The notes: generated by a model from the sequence alone, not told the origin. A DNA stretch of 64,000 bases from an uncultured Planctomycetales bacterium (GCA_964512635.1 CAZEJB010000006.1:1500-65499), one strand, 5' to 3'; numbered from the stretch's first letter, positions 18,456-30,312 are shown. Numbers and translations are program-made.

Positions 18456-18848
18456 TTAGGCGCTTTGTGTGGCGCGGATGGACTGCAGAGTCTGCTTCTC
18501 CTGCTCCACGTCGCGGCTGAGCAGTTCAGGGTGCGGCTTGGGTGCGTTGCCGCTGAGGATATGCGCGAGCGCTTCGCGGCCGACCAGCTTCTCAAGGCGC
18601 TCATCAAGGCGCTTGATGTCCTCATCGCGATAGCCCATGGCCAGCGCGGTCTTCATCACATCCAGCTTGTCCTTCGCCAGGCTGTGGTAAATCTCCAGCG
18701 CGCGCAGGCGCTCCTGGCGGGTCAGCTTCGGCGCGGCAACAATCACCCGCGGACGGCCGAGCTGGGCCGGCGTCCAGCCGCTGCGCGTAATGCTCTTACC
18801 GATCGAGACGGCAAGGATGATCAGCGCGATTCCGATGAAGACTTCCAT
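18456..18848 (-). CDS. small single-pass membrane protein, paralog 1 of 3 (conserved KLDV(I/M)KTAL(A/S)MGY helix)
   Basis: 130 aa. MEVFIGIALIILAVSIG… transmembrane segment, then …DKLDVMKTALAMGYRDEDIKRLDERLEKLVG. Confidence 0.6.
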   Translation of the reverse strand: MEVFIGIALIILAVSIGKSITRSGWTPAQLGRPRVIVAAPKLTRQERLRALEIYHSLAKDKLDVMKTALAMGYRDEDIKRLDERLEKLVGREALAHILSGNAPKPHPELLSRDVEQEKQTLQSIRATQSA

Positions 18849-18985
18849 GAGACGAATTATATCGCCGCCTTAGTGAATTGCAAGATAAACCTTAGAAAGA
18901 TCAAGGCGATTCTTCAAATTCCGCGCGAACGAGACCCCTTTAGGCAAGAGTCCAGCATTTTCAGCACGGATTCCTGAACGCCTGT

Positions 18986-19537
18986 TCAGGCTTTGCTGCG
19001 ACGGCGCTGCTCCAGTTCCTTGCTGAGCGCCTCCAGGGTTGCGCGGTCCATCAGGTCCTCGCTGCCGAGCAGCAGCTCTTCAGTTGTGTCAGGCCGCGAC
19101 GGACTGCCTGCCGGCGAAGGTACGCGGGGCACCGCCGGCGGGTCGGGTATGGTCGTCATCGAGACCTTGACCTTGACCGGCTCGAAATCGCTGCGGCCTT
19201 TGCTCTTTGACTTGCTCTTACCCAGCGGCGCGGGCTCGGCCAGCAGCTCTGACATTTTCTCAGAGCCGACCAGCATCTCCAGCCGGCGGTCGAGCTCGGC
19301 CAGCTCGTCGGTCTTATAGCCCATCGAGATGGCAGTCTTGATAATGTCCAGCTTCTCCATCGCGATCTTCTCGTAGAGGCGGCGCGATTCAGCGCGCTCG
19401 ATGGTGTCGCGCTTCAGCTTCGCCCGGCTGGTCAAAAAGCTGGCGGTGATCGCCACGATGGGAATAAACAGCGCGGTCAGGGGAATAAAGACCCAGACTG
19501 TCTCCGGCTGCAGTATCTGCTGAAAGATCAAAGCCAA
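18986..19537 (-). CDS. small single-pass membrane protein, paralog 2 of 3
   Basis: 183 aa. Transmembrane segment, then …EKLDIIKTAISMGYKTDELAELDRRLEMLVG. Low-complexity S/P/K tail. Confidence 0.6.
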   Translation of the reverse strand: MALIFQQILQPETVWVFIPLTALFIPIVAITASFLTSRAKLKRDTIERAESRRLYEKIAMEKLDIIKTAISMGYKTDELAELDRRLEMLVGSEKMSELLAEPAPLGKSKSKSKGRSDFEPVKVKVSMTTIPDPPAVPRVPSPAGSPSRPDTTEELLLGSEDLMDRATLEALSKELEQRRRSKA

Positions 19538-19629
19538 CGCGCGGACCCTCCTGTCTTTGCAGCACCGCTGCCAAACGCCCTCACGACGGATTCGCGGATT
19601 CTAGCATTCATCCTGTCATCCGTTGGCTC

Positions 19630-20094
19630 CTAAGTCTGCTCCCGCCCGGCCCGAGCCCGGACTTCAGCTGCGCTCGCCGCAGGCAGATCCTGGCCCAGCA
19701 GGCTGCCAACCGCAGCCTGAGAGGCGTCGGCGGCGCTGGAAGCAGCGCCTGAGGCCGCTGCCGTTGCGGCCTGAGCAGCGTTCTGCGCATTGGCTGCAGC
19801 CTGCGCGGCATTGGGATCGGTGATCCTGATGTTCTCCACGAGCTGCAGGTACTGCTCCTCGCTCAGCATCTGACGCAGGCGGCCATCCAGTTCTTCAAGG
19901 CGCAGCTGGTCATAGCCCATGCTGAGTGCGGTTTTAATCACGTCGAGGCGTTCGCGGGTCAGGGCCAGGAGCAGGTCGCGATCGCGCTGGCGCTCGCGGT
20001 TGCGCAGCCAGACGTTCAGCGGGAAGAAAAGCACGCCGGCCATTGAGATGCTGCCGAGCGCGATCACCAGGATTTCCATTACGCCGGGGGTCAC
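19630..20094 (-). CDS. small single-pass membrane protein, paralog 3 of 3
   Basis: Transmembrane segment, then …RERLDVIKTALSMGYDQLRLEELDGRLRQMLS. Ala/Gln-rich tail. The true start is possibly the internal MEILVIALG. Confidence 0.6.
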   Translation of the reverse strand: MTPGVMEILVIALGSISMAGVLFFPLNVWLRNRERQRDRDLLLALTRERLDVIKTALSMGYDQLRLEELDGRLRQMLSEEQYLQLVENIRITDPNAAQAAANAQNAAQAATAAASGAASSAADASQAAVGSLLGQDLPAASAAEVRARAGREQT

Positions 20095-20150
20095 GTGCAG
20101 ATTCTAACATCGCAGACTGCAGCCGCCGGGCATGAGAAGTGCAGTCCGGT

Positions 20151-21473
20151 CTAACGCGGACTGCGCCCCCGGACAAAGCTTGAGCGGTCGGCCTGCGTCT
20201 CCTTGCTCCACTTGCCGCCGTTAGTCTCGAGCACCTTGACCGCGCTGCTGGAGACCAGCACCCGTACCTCGATATCGCTGTCCTTGCCTTCAACTATGTC
20301 CGAAGCGTTGAAGGGCACGATGCGATAGATAAACTCCTGCGCCGGTCCGCCCTCCGGCAGGCAGTCGTCGTAATAGCGGTAGCAGATCCGCTGGGTCGGG
20401 TTCCAGCGCACCGGGCGGTGGACACTCATCGGCAGCATCGGGTTGGTGCGGTGCGGCAGCAGCACCTCCGTGCCGCGGGGCAGATCGGCCTTGCGGCGGT
20501 AGACGCGGTATCCCTGCAGCAGCGCGCCATAGTTTTCCTCGATCAGCCAGGTATCGCGGCGGTTGACCTCGCCGTCACGGTTGCCGTCGACCAGCCAGTC
20601 CCATGAATCTTCATAGGCATCCGTGGTGAAGCGGCCGTAGCGCCGGGTTATCGGCAGCAGGTCCGTCATGCTGACTTCGCCGTCATTGTTGTAGTCCCCG
20701 GTGTTGGTCTCCTCCCAGTAGAGGACGACATCGCAGTCGTGCGGATCGCGGCTCTCGCGCTCGCCGCTGTCGTGGTAGTACTTCGGGATTACCGGGTCGA
20801 GATAGGCTTGAATGTTGGTGGCGCGGTTGCGCGGCTTGTCCGGGGCGTGGTTCAGAAACACGGGCTTGTAATTGAATTCCCGCTCTTTGAAGACGACCTC
20901 GCAGATAACCCCCTCGGCCAGCTTCATGCCGCCGTTGATGTCCGGTCGAATGCGGCTGACCCCGACGCAGACCACTCCCGGCACATTGAGCTTGCCGAAG
21001 AAGAGCTTGTCGCCCTTGAAGCCCAGCGCCGTGCCGGTCTCGATCTGCCGCGGATGCCAGAGATCCTGGTCATAGCGGATGTAAAAGAACAGGTCCTCCA
21101 CCGCCGGGGCAGCTTTGGTGTGCACCACAAGGTGGTAGTCACCGTGCTCCAGGTTCTTTCCGGTCAGCCGCAGATAGGACTGCTCCGCCGGCGCAGGATT
21201 GAGCAGGTCGTCAACTGTCCAGAGCGTAAAGCCGTCGACGCCAAGACCAGTCTTTGGATCAAAGTCATAGACCCGCAGCTTCGCCAGCTGCTCGAGCGTG
21301 GGCGGGATATCGTCCTTCAGCTCGCGCTCGGGCAGACGCTTATGTGGCACCTCGCCTGGAATAGCCTGGGTGTTGCCGGGGGTGCCGAAAGTCGGCGGGG
21401 CGGCTTCGCGCGCGCCGGGAAGGATGGCCAGTGCGGCCAGCAGCCCCAGTGTGATTGTCAGCGCACGCAACAT
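20151..21473 (-). CDS. secreted protein with a dockerin-type (double Ca-binding loop) module
   Basis: Signal peptide MLRALTITLGLLAALAILPGA. DYNNDGEVSMTDLLPI…DGNRDGEVNRRDTWLIEENYG is a dockerin-like repeat pair. Confidence 0.7.
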   Translation of the reverse strand: MLRALTITLGLLAALAILPGAREAAPPTFGTPGNTQAIPGEVPHKRLPERELKDDIPPTLEQLAKLRVYDFDPKTGLGVDGFTLWTVDDLLNPAPAEQSYLRLTGKNLEHGDYHLVVHTKAAPAVEDLFFYIRYDQDLWHPRQIETGTALGFKGDKLFFGKLNVPGVVCVGVSRIRPDINGGMKLAEGVICEVVFKEREFNYKPVFLNHAPDKPRNRATNIQAYLDPVIPKYYHDSGERESRDPHDCDVVLYWEETNTGDYNNDGEVSMTDLLPITRRYGRFTTDAYEDSWDWLVDGNRDGEVNRRDTWLIEENYGALLQGYRVYRRKADLPRGTEVLLPHRTNPMLPMSVHRPVRWNPTQRICYRYYDDCLPEGGPAQEFIYRIVPFNASDIVEGKDSDIEVRVLVSSSAVKVLETNGGKWSKETQADRSSFVRGRSPR

Positions 21474-21737
21474 GAATGGTGGATGACGGCCCCATTAGAG
21501 CCAATCGGGGTGAGCGCGCAGGCTTCCGCCTTCCGATGCCTTCCTGCCCGCACGCCCACCAGTATAGGAGACGTGGAAAGAGCTGCGCGTCTTCACGGCG
21601 CGGGCTGCGGATGGCAGACAACCAGCACCATGCCGCTGCTGGTGGCCCTGGAACCGACCAGCAGCGCAGGGACTTCCATTTGACAGCACCTTAGGACTTC
21701 CGCTAGACTCCTACTTGCGTATGATACGCAACTAGGA

Positions 21738-22220
21738 ATGAGAACAGAAATAAGCCCTGAGGAAGTAGAGCTGCGCGTTGAGCACTTTAAGGACGCGGTA
21801 CGCAAGGCCGGCGTCAAGCTGACGCATCAGCGACTGGAGATCTTTCGCGAGGTCGCTGCCAGCGTGGATCACCCCAGCGCCGATTCGCTTTATGAAGCGC
21901 TCAGGCCACGGTTGCCGGTGCTGTCGCTTGACACTGTCTACCGCACCCTGTGGCTGCTGCACGACCTCGGCCTGGTGAGCACGCTGGGACCGCGGCGCGA
22001 AAGCGTGCGCTTTGACGCAAATCCCCTGCCCCACCACCACTACATCTGCACGCGCTGCGGACTGGCCCGCGACTTTGAGAGCAGCGAGCTGAACATGCTT
22101 CATATCCCCGACCTGGTAACGGAATTCGGCAGCATCAACGCCACCCATGTTGAGGTCCACGGCGTTTGCAAGGGCTGTATGAGCGCCCCGGAAACGAGTT
22201 CCAAGGCCAGGCACAAGTAA
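21738..22220 (+). CDS. Fur-family transcriptional regulator (FurA/PerR-like), immediately upstream of katG
   Basis: …LTHQRLEIFREVAASVDHPSADSLYEAL…HHHYICTRCG…VHGVCKGC. Fur-family winged helix plus metal-binding His/Cys. Confidence 0.85.
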   Translation: MRTEISPEEVELRVEHFKDAVRKAGVKLTHQRLEIFREVAASVDHPSADSLYEALRPRLPVLSLDTVYRTLWLLHDLGLVSTLGPRRESVRFDANPLPHHHYICTRCGLARDFESSELNMLHIPDLVTEFGSINATHVEVHGVCKGCMSAPETSSKARHK

Positions 22221-22232
22221 ATCAGGAAGTAG

Positions 22233-24440
<2,208 letters not shown>

Positions 24441-24574
24441 CGCCTGACACAGCCGCAATTAGATAAGTTAACAACCTGCCAAGGCAAGCAATGGCCGGCC
24501 CGGGAATGAAGATCAGGATCTCTTCCCGGGCCGGCTTTTCTCTAAAAAGGATAGGTGTGCCAAGTGATGGACGG

Positions 24575-25189
24575 CTACCCCGCCAGTTTCGCGGCGAACT
24601 CCGCCACCCGCTTTCCCTGCGAGCGGCCGATGGACAGCTCGTTTTCGCTGGGAAGGCGGCTGCCATCCACGTTGCTCAGGGTGCCGGCGCCATAAGGCGC
24701 TCCGCCGGTGATCTCGTTCATGTTCATGATCTCGCGGACGCTGTAGGGCACGCCGATGATCAGCATGCCGTGATGAATGAAGGTGTTGTAGATCGTGGTC
24801 AGGGTGCTTTCCGCGCCGCCATGCTGGGTGCCGGTGCCGACGAAGGCCGAGCCGAGCTTGCCTTCAAGCTGGCCCTGGAACCACAGGTTGACCGTACTGT
24901 CCCAGAAAGCCCGCATCTGGAAGGACATGTTGCCAAAGCGCGTCGGGGTGCCGACGATAATCGCGTCGGCTTCGCCGATCAGCTCCGGCGTGGCCACCGG
25001 CAGATGGGCAAACTGCTGCTGGGCATCCCAGGCGCCGGTGGCGCGCAGCATCTCCTCGGGCAGCAGCTCCGGAACGCGGTGCAGCCGCACTTCAGTGCCC
25101 TCGACGCCGCGGGCGCCCTCGGCAATGGCTTCGGCCAGCCGCCAGACATGGCCGTAGGTGCTGTGGAAGATAACCTGGACAATCGCCAT
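24575..25189 (-). CDS. wrbA: NAD(P)H:quinone oxidoreductase, WrbA-type flavodoxin-like protein
   Basis: MAIVQVIFHSTYGHVWRLAEAIAEG… The start was taken at the internal ATG that matches the WrbA N-terminus. Confidence 0.8.
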   Translation of the reverse strand: MAIVQVIFHSTYGHVWRLAEAIAEGARGVEGTEVRLHRVPELLPEEMLRATGAWDAQQQFAHLPVATPELIGEADAIIVGTPTRFGNMSFQMRAFWDSTVNLWFQGQLEGKLGSAFVGTGTQHGGAESTLTTIYNTFIHHGMLIIGVPYSVREIMNMNEITGGAPYGAGTLSNVDGSRLPSENELSIGRSQGKRVAEFAAKLAG

Positions 25190-25421
25190 CTGACTCTCCG
25201 TGCTTGTGTTGTTGAATGTTGGGTGCAGCTGCCGGGGCCGGTAAAGCGCAGACGGCCTGTCAGCATGCCTGCGGGACGCCAATACTATAGCGGCCAGTTC
25301 GAACAGCTGCCTGCGGCGGAGGGTGATGAAGCTTGTGGACTGGCCCTAAGGAGCCGCGCTGCCCGTTACCGGGTGTAGCGCGTTCAGGTGGCCGGTGCGG
25401 CCGGCCGGGGCTGTCCAGCGC

Positions 25422-25901
25422 CTAGCGTTCGGCTATGGCGCGTCCAAGTTTTTTGCACAGGGCGGCAAGCTGATCCTGTTCTTCCGGGCTGAGAGCACTG
25501 AACTCGCTGGTAATGAGCTTGACGTGCGGGTGAAAGATGCTCTCAATCAGACTGCGGCCCTCGGGCGTCAGGATCACGGTGATGCAGCGTCGATCCAGGT
25601 TGTCACGTTCGCGGCGAACCAGCCCGCGCTTCTCGAGATGGTCGACGACCATCGTGATGTTGCCTGAGCTCTTGAGGAGCTTCTCGCCTATGCGATTCTG
25701 ATGCAGCGGGCCGAGGTGATACAGCGCCTCCAGGGCGCCGAACTGGCTCATGGACAGGCCCTTGTCCGTTATCCAGCGGTTGAGCCGCGACGTAAGGCTG
25801 TCCGCCGCACGCAGCAGCTTGATGTACGTATTGAGCGCCCGGACCTCGTCCGCGGTGCCCTTGAATTTAGTCCCCACAGCAACTCCAGACTCGCTTGCCA
25901 C
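25422..25901 (-). CDS. MarR-family transcriptional regulator
   Basis: …LSMSQFGALEALYHLGPLHQNRIGEKLLKSSGNITMVVDHLEKRGLVRRERDNLDRRCITVILTPEG…. Confidence 0.8.
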   Translation of the reverse strand: MASESGVAVGTKFKGTADEVRALNTYIKLLRAADSLTSRLNRWITDKGLSMSQFGALEALYHLGPLHQNRIGEKLLKSSGNITMVVDHLEKRGLVRRERDNLDRRCITVILTPEGRSLIESIFHPHVKLITSEFSALSPEEQDQLAALCKKLGRAIAER

Positions 25902-26125
25902 GCAGCAGCTCTACGAACTGCAGATGCGAACAGCGGGGGTGGATTGCTGCGATTATCAGCCCTTGCCGCCTCAGAGTCAAGCAAAAATGAACCTTCCTGA
26001 AGGAAATCCAGTTACCCGAGGGCAACAAAATTTATCTGAGCGAGGGCGAATAAGATCTGCCAGGATGCAGCTGGACAAGCCGCTGCACTGGCAGCGACCC
26101 GTTAACCTTGCTAACCGGACGGTGA

Positions 26126-26554
26126 CTATTCTGCCGGGGCCGGCGGGATGAGTTCCTTGTGTGTGCCGTCGCAGAAGGGGGGGTTCTTGCTGCGCTTGCA
26201 GGTACACAGGCTGACTGTGATCTCTTCCTTCACCTCAAACTTATAGCTGCGGCGGTTGGTGCAGTACTGCTCCTCTCGGTGGCTGTCGTCGCAAAATGGC
26301 TGGGTCTTGCTGTAGCCGCAGGAGCACCAGGAATACTTGCCGGGGTGCAGCGTCATTTTGAGGCTGCCATAGCCCGCGCAGAAGGCCTCGCTCAGATCGG
26401 CGGGTGGCGCTTCCTTATAGCCGCGCAGCAGAATTTTGCCCTCGCGTAGCAGATAGCCCGCCGGGCTGTCAGCGGAGTTCACCGGGTGCGGGGCGGTCTC
26501 GCCCTGGGGAATGACGATCGGCTCGCCGGCGGGGTTAACGGGGTTGTCGCTCAT
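26126..26554 (-). CDS. CDGSH-type iron-sulfur domain protein (two CDGSH motifs)
   Basis: WCSCGYSKTQPFCDDSH and LCTCKRSKNPPFCDGTH. Start taken at the internal MSDNPVN. Confidence 0.75.
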   Translation of the reverse strand: MSDNPVNPAGEPIVIPQGETAPHPVNSADSPAGYLLREGKILLRGYKEAPPADLSEAFCAGYGSLKMTLHPGKYSWCSCGYSKTQPFCDDSHREEQYCTNRRSYKFEVKEEITVSLCTCKRSKNPPFCDGTHKELIPPAPAE

Positions 26555-26643
26555 GCGCTTGACTCCTACAGAACGGCAATTATATTCCGGGGTTTCAGCC
26601 CTTAACGTTGACATTACTTATGCGTTCAGCTTGAATACTGACA

Positions 26644-27002
26644 TGAATGATGAATTCAGTCCGTGGTGGTTGCTGCTGAGCCTGGCGATCCGCGCTGCCT
26701 GGGCCTGGGGGACGGCGGCAAAGGCCGAAGAAAAGGGGCGCAGCCCGGTAGCTGGCGCTCTGTGCGGCTTCTTCCTTGGCATCATCGGTTATATGATCTT
26801 CTACTTCATGTCAGCGGTGGATGGTGGAACCAGTGTCGGCAGCGGCACAAACCGCAGCGCATCACGTAATGTCAGCGGGACGGAGGCCAAGCGCCAGCTG
26901 ATGGCCGAAGCCCCGCCAGGTACCTGCAAGGTCTGCGGCTATGAGAACGCACCGCGGGACAGCCGCTGCTATCAGTGCGGGAACATGATGGCGCAGTACT
27001 AG
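26644..27002 (+). CDS. small membrane protein (2 transmembrane helices) with a C-terminal CxxC…CxxC zinc-ribbon
   Basis: MNDEFSPWWLLLSLAIRAAWAWG…GALCGFFLGIIGYMIFYFM…CKVCGYENAPRDSRCYQCG. Start taken at the internal ATG to avoid overlap with the CDGSH gene. Confidence 0.5.
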
Positions 27003-27055
27003 GCGTCTCAACGTACACGCTTAGGACTAAATGTCGCTGCGCCTGATTCGCCCGC

Positions 27056-28942
27056 TCAAGGCCGGCCTTCGTAGGCTCCGATATCCGGCAAGCCCTGGCT
27101 TTCGCGCTGGAAAGTGGAGAACTCCGGCACATAGCTGGCATCGGGAAACACCGGGATAAAGAATGCATCGCTTGGAAACAGTTGCGTGATACCAATTCCC
27201 GCGTCGCTGATCCCGGCAGCCTGAACCGGCAGGAGGTGATAGTCCCCGGCGGCGGAATCAACAAAGGGCGGGCTGACACCGGCGGCGGCGAAAGTGGTTG
27301 AAGCTAAATCCCAGTCGCCGCCATCCGCCAGGACAAAGCCGGAGCTCAGCCAGTTATGCCCGCCATGGCAGTTGGCCAGCGCTGCTCCATTGCGGGCGTT
27401 GACCACGGCCTGGCCCGACTGCGCCGAGCCTGCATCCCAGATGATGTTGTTGAAGATTACTGCGCCGGCACCCGGGGCACTGAGGTCCACAACTGGCGAG
27501 ATATAGGGAGTGACGATGGTGTTATATAACAGATAGATCGAGCCGGAATGCTCGCCTCCCCCATCCTGTCCGAAGTGAATCACGGTCTTGTTGCCGTCGA
27601 TCGGATCAGCCTTGACGATGACATTGCCAAGCAGCAGCGTATCGGATCCCGGCAGGTTCGTGTTGCCGGCCTCATCAACCAGGTCAAACTCGCGGTTGCT
27701 GCTGTCGTGGATGTAGCAATACAAGATCTCGTTGATATGTGCACGGCTCTTGACGTTGTGCCCGGTCAGGCTGCCATAGACCTCGCAGCCGCGCATGACC
27801 AGGTGGTAGCCACCCGCGTAGATGTTGTGGTTGTAGCCGGGGTCGGCGAGGTTGCCGTTGCTGTTGATCCGGCAGTTCCAGAGCAGCACTTCGCCGGTCT
27901 TAGCGCCGGCGTCGCCGTTGCTCATCAGGCCCATGTCGCAGTCATGGATCAGGCAGTCGTGGATGACGATGCCGCGGGCCTGGTTGACCCTGACGCCGGC
28001 TCCATTAAAGCTGTCGTTGTGGGCGTCGAGCAGCTCAATGCCAGCCAGCGAGCTGCCATCGGAGCCCGGGTTGAACTGCACAATCGCCCGCGGAACCGAG
28101 CCGGCGCCGGTGTAGTTAAAGCCGCCGCCAGCCAGCCGCGGACGCTGGTTGTCGGCGGTCCTCACGCCAATAATGCTGATGTTCGGGGCGGTCACCAGCA
28201 GGGCTTCCTGTTCATAAGGTGCGTTATCCGCCCGGGGATAGACCACAATCTCGTTGCGCCCATAAGCCTGGGCAAATTCCAGCGCCGCCGTGACTGTGTC
28301 AAAGTCGCGGCCCGGTCCCACAGTGACGGCCTGCGGGCCGGGCTGCCAGGTCACCGAGTCCCTGAGAAAGGCGTTCTCAACCCGGCAGCGCGAGCCGGCC
28401 TCAACAGCTACGCTTATAAAGCCCATGCCGTAGTCGTTGGAAAAGTGGCGGTCCTGGCCCGGCACCAGTGTCTTATCCGCAGTATCAAAGGGGCCATACC
28501 AGTCCCACCTTGACTGGCGATAGTCGCTAAGCCCCAGCCAGTAGCGGCTGGGCTCGCCATCCTGTGCCGGCAGGGGTGTGACGCTGCTTTGCAGGTACTC
28601 GTAACTGTAGAGGAGACGCTGCTGGCGGAACATCACCCAGCTGCGGGCTGCGGCGCCAGTATCGGTGCTGCCGATGATGAGCCCTGTGCCATCGGCCTGC
28701 ACATCTCCGCCGCTGGCCCACAGATGGCCACTCGGGGCGGAGGATGGATCCAGTGCGAGATCGGTTCTTGGAGGCGAGGTAAGCGGCAGATTTGCCGGGG
28801 CTATGAGGGGCGGAGCAGCCTGCGCCAGTGGTGCAGCCGAGCGCCCGCTGCAGGCGCTGCACAGCAGGGCCAGAAACAGCAGGGCCAGGACCAGCAGGCC
28901 GGCCCTGGTAACAAGGCGTTTATGCGCAGTCCAGCTTCGCAT
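27056..28942 (-). CDS. secreted right-handed parallel beta-helix (pectate-lyase-like) protein with an N-terminal WDWYGP module
   Basis: AAGGAG Shine-Dalgarno sequence plus ATG at 28942. Lipobox LCSAC and module YWLGLSDYRQSRWDWYGPFDTAD. PbH1-like repeats (…IVIHDCLIHDCDMGLMSNGD…NCRINSNGN…NHNIYAGGYHLVMRGCEV…). Confidence 0.8.
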   Translation of the reverse strand: MRSWTAHKRLVTRAGLLVLALLFLALLCSACSGRSAAPLAQAAPPLIAPANLPLTSPPRTDLALDPSSAPSGHLWASGGDVQADGTGLIIGSTDTGAAARSWVMFRQQRLLYSYEYLQSSVTPLPAQDGEPSRYWLGLSDYRQSRWDWYGPFDTADKTLVPGQDRHFSNDYGMGFISVAVEAGSRCRVENAFLRDSVTWQPGPQAVTVGPGRDFDTVTAALEFAQAYGRNEIVVYPRADNAPYEQEALLVTAPNISIIGVRTADNQRPRLAGGGFNYTGAGSVPRAIVQFNPGSDGSSLAGIELLDAHNDSFNGAGVRVNQARGIVIHDCLIHDCDMGLMSNGDAGAKTGEVLLWNCRINSNGNLADPGYNHNIYAGGYHLVMRGCEVYGSLTGHNVKSRAHINEILYCYIHDSSNREFDLVDEAGNTNLPGSDTLLLGNVIVKADPIDGNKTVIHFGQDGGGEHSGSIYLLYNTIVTPYISPVVDLSAPGAGAVIFNNIIWDAGSAQSGQAVVNARNGAALANCHGGHNWLSSGFVLADGGDWDLASTTFAAAGVSPPFVDSAAGDYHLLPVQAAGISDAGIGITQLFPSDAFFIPVFPDASYVPEFSTFQRESQGLPDIGAYEGRP

Positions 28943-28982
28943 CGCACCACTCCTTATCCGGATGTCACAGGCCAGGCGGCCT

Positions 28983-29546
28983 TCAGGACCGCGCTGTTTC
29001 AAACAGCGAGCCGCTCAGCGCGCCTTCGTGCTCCAGCAGCCAGCGCTTGACAGGCAGACCGCCGCCATAGCCAACCAGACTGCCGTCGGCGCCGATCACA
29101 CGGTGGCAGGGGATAACCAGCCAGATAGGATTGCCGCCATTGGCAGCGCCGACAGCCCGGCTCAGCGAAGGGTCGCCCAGCCGCCTCGCCTGCTCGCCAT
29201 AGCTGATCGTCTGGCCATAGGGGATGCGGGTCAGCTCCTCCCAGACGCGCAGCTGGAACTCGCTGCCCCGCGGGGCGAGCCTAAGTTCAAACTCGCGCCG
29301 CTCGCGGGCGAAGTACTGCTCAAGTTGCTGGCGCACCTCGCTGCAGGCCGCAGTGTCCTCGAGTATCTCATCGCCGCTGTAGCTGCGTTCATAGCGCTCC
29401 AGCGGCGGTGGCGTATAGCCCTCGGCGGCCTGGCCGTCGTGCTGCAGCGTCAGGGCGACCAGCGCGCCATCCGCATCGACAACGATACGGCAGGGCCCGC
29501 AGGGCGTGTCGAAGCGGTCCGTGAACAGTCTGGCGCGTGTTTCCAC
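28983..29546 (-). CDS. ogt: methylated-DNA--protein-cysteine methyltransferase
   Basis: …IPCHRVIGADGSLVGYGGGLPVKRWLLEHEG active-site PCHR motif. Confidence 0.9.
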   Translation of the reverse strand: METRARLFTDRFDTPCGPCRIVVDADGALVALTLQHDGQAAEGYTPPPLERYERSYSGDEILEDTAACSEVRQQLEQYFARERREFELRLAPRGSEFQLRVWEELTRIPYGQTISYGEQARRLGDPSLSRAVGAANGGNPIWLVIPCHRVIGADGSLVGYGGGLPVKRWLLEHEGALSGSLFETARS

Positions 29547-29632
29547 AAGCAGATATTACAGCGCTGCCGGCAAAGGCCGGTAGCAGCGCTACAATTGTTG
29601 CGCCGCTGATCAACAATAATCAGGGGTGTAGT

Positions 29633-29728
29633 GTGGCTGGACATGTGAAGGAACTGCTGGAGGGCATCGCCCTGCTGGGCGTGCTGGTCGTCATTGTTGT
29701 TGTGCTGCGGCGCAGCCGCGGGAGATGA
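29633..29728 (+). CDS. tiny single-transmembrane peptide (31 aa), not in the ORF track
   Basis: GTG start after AGGGG. (M)AGHVKELLEGIALLGVLVVIVVVLRRSRGR. Paralogous to the next peptide. Confidence 0.35.
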   Translation: MAGHVKELLEGIALLGVLVVIVVVLRRSRGR

Positions 29729-29811
29729 TTGCAGGCTGAACGCAGAATTCAGGCTGTAGCCATCGCTGGTCTTACAATCCTGCGCTCAGCTTTGCACCCA
29801 GGGGAACAGGC

Positions 29812-29916
29812 ATGCAGTCGATCGAGAAACTCCTTATCGCGCTGGTCATCATCGGCCTGCTGATCATGGCCGGCGGCTTTGTCGCGCAGGCCATCGCGAA
29901 GAAGACGAAGGGATAG
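29812..29916 (+). CDS. tiny single-transmembrane peptide (34 aa), not in the ORF track
   Basis: AGGGGA Shine-Dalgarno sequence plus ATG. MQSIEKLLIALVIIGLLIMAGGFVAQAIAKKTKG. Confidence 0.4.
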   Translation: MQSIEKLLIALVIIGLLIMAGGFVAQAIAKKTKG

Positions 29917-29941
29917 CAGCGCGGCAATATGTCCGCGCGTC

Positions 29942-30027
29942 CCGGTAGCGCCGCTACTGCGTGGCGGATTAAGGGTGGCGATAGCTCGGTGTTGGGATTG
30001 AAGATCAACCACAAAGGGCACGAAGAA
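29942..30027 (+). repeat. repeat A, copy 1 (86 bp, about 85% identical to 30898..30980)
   Basis: CCGGTAGCGCCGC…GGTGGCGATAGCTCGGTGTTGGGATTGAAGATCAACCACAAAGGGCACGAAG. Confidence 0.7.
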
Positions 30028-30071
30028 CACCAAGAAGAGCTCGCAGCCTGCCCCCGAGTGCTCACTGACTC

Positions 30072-30172
30072 GTAGGGGCGCACAGAGTGCGCCCGGCCCA
30101 ACGCTTGATCCAGCAGTCTTCGGCATTCCGAATCATATCGACGATTGCCGGGCGCACTCTGTGCGCCCCTAC
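30072..30172 (+). repeat. REP-like doublet: two 26-bp perfect inverted copies of GTAGGGGCGCACAGAGTGCGCCCGGC, each itself a hairpin
   Basis: 30072-30097 and 30147-30172 are exact reverse complements. Each contains the palindrome GCGCACagaGTGCGC. Confidence 0.7.
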
Positions 30173-30176
30173 TGAC

Positions 30177-30312
30177 GCATCACGCCCAGTCCACGCTGCT
30201 CGATATCAGCTGCTTCGCGCCGTCACGCAGTGCGGCGCTACCGGCCTAGCCGAGTTCCGGCGTTGTGATATCAGCCGCATCGCGCCGCCACGCAGTAGCC
30301 GCGCTGGTGGCC
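30177..30312 (+). repeat. repeat B, copy 1 (86 bp), plus a partial extra copy B' (30266-30312)
   Basis: GCATCACGCCCAGTCCACGCTGCTCGATATCAGCTGCTTCGCGCCGTCACGCAGTGCGGCGCTACCGGCCTAGCCGAGTTCCGGCG, about 93% identical to 31007..31092. Confidence 0.7.
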
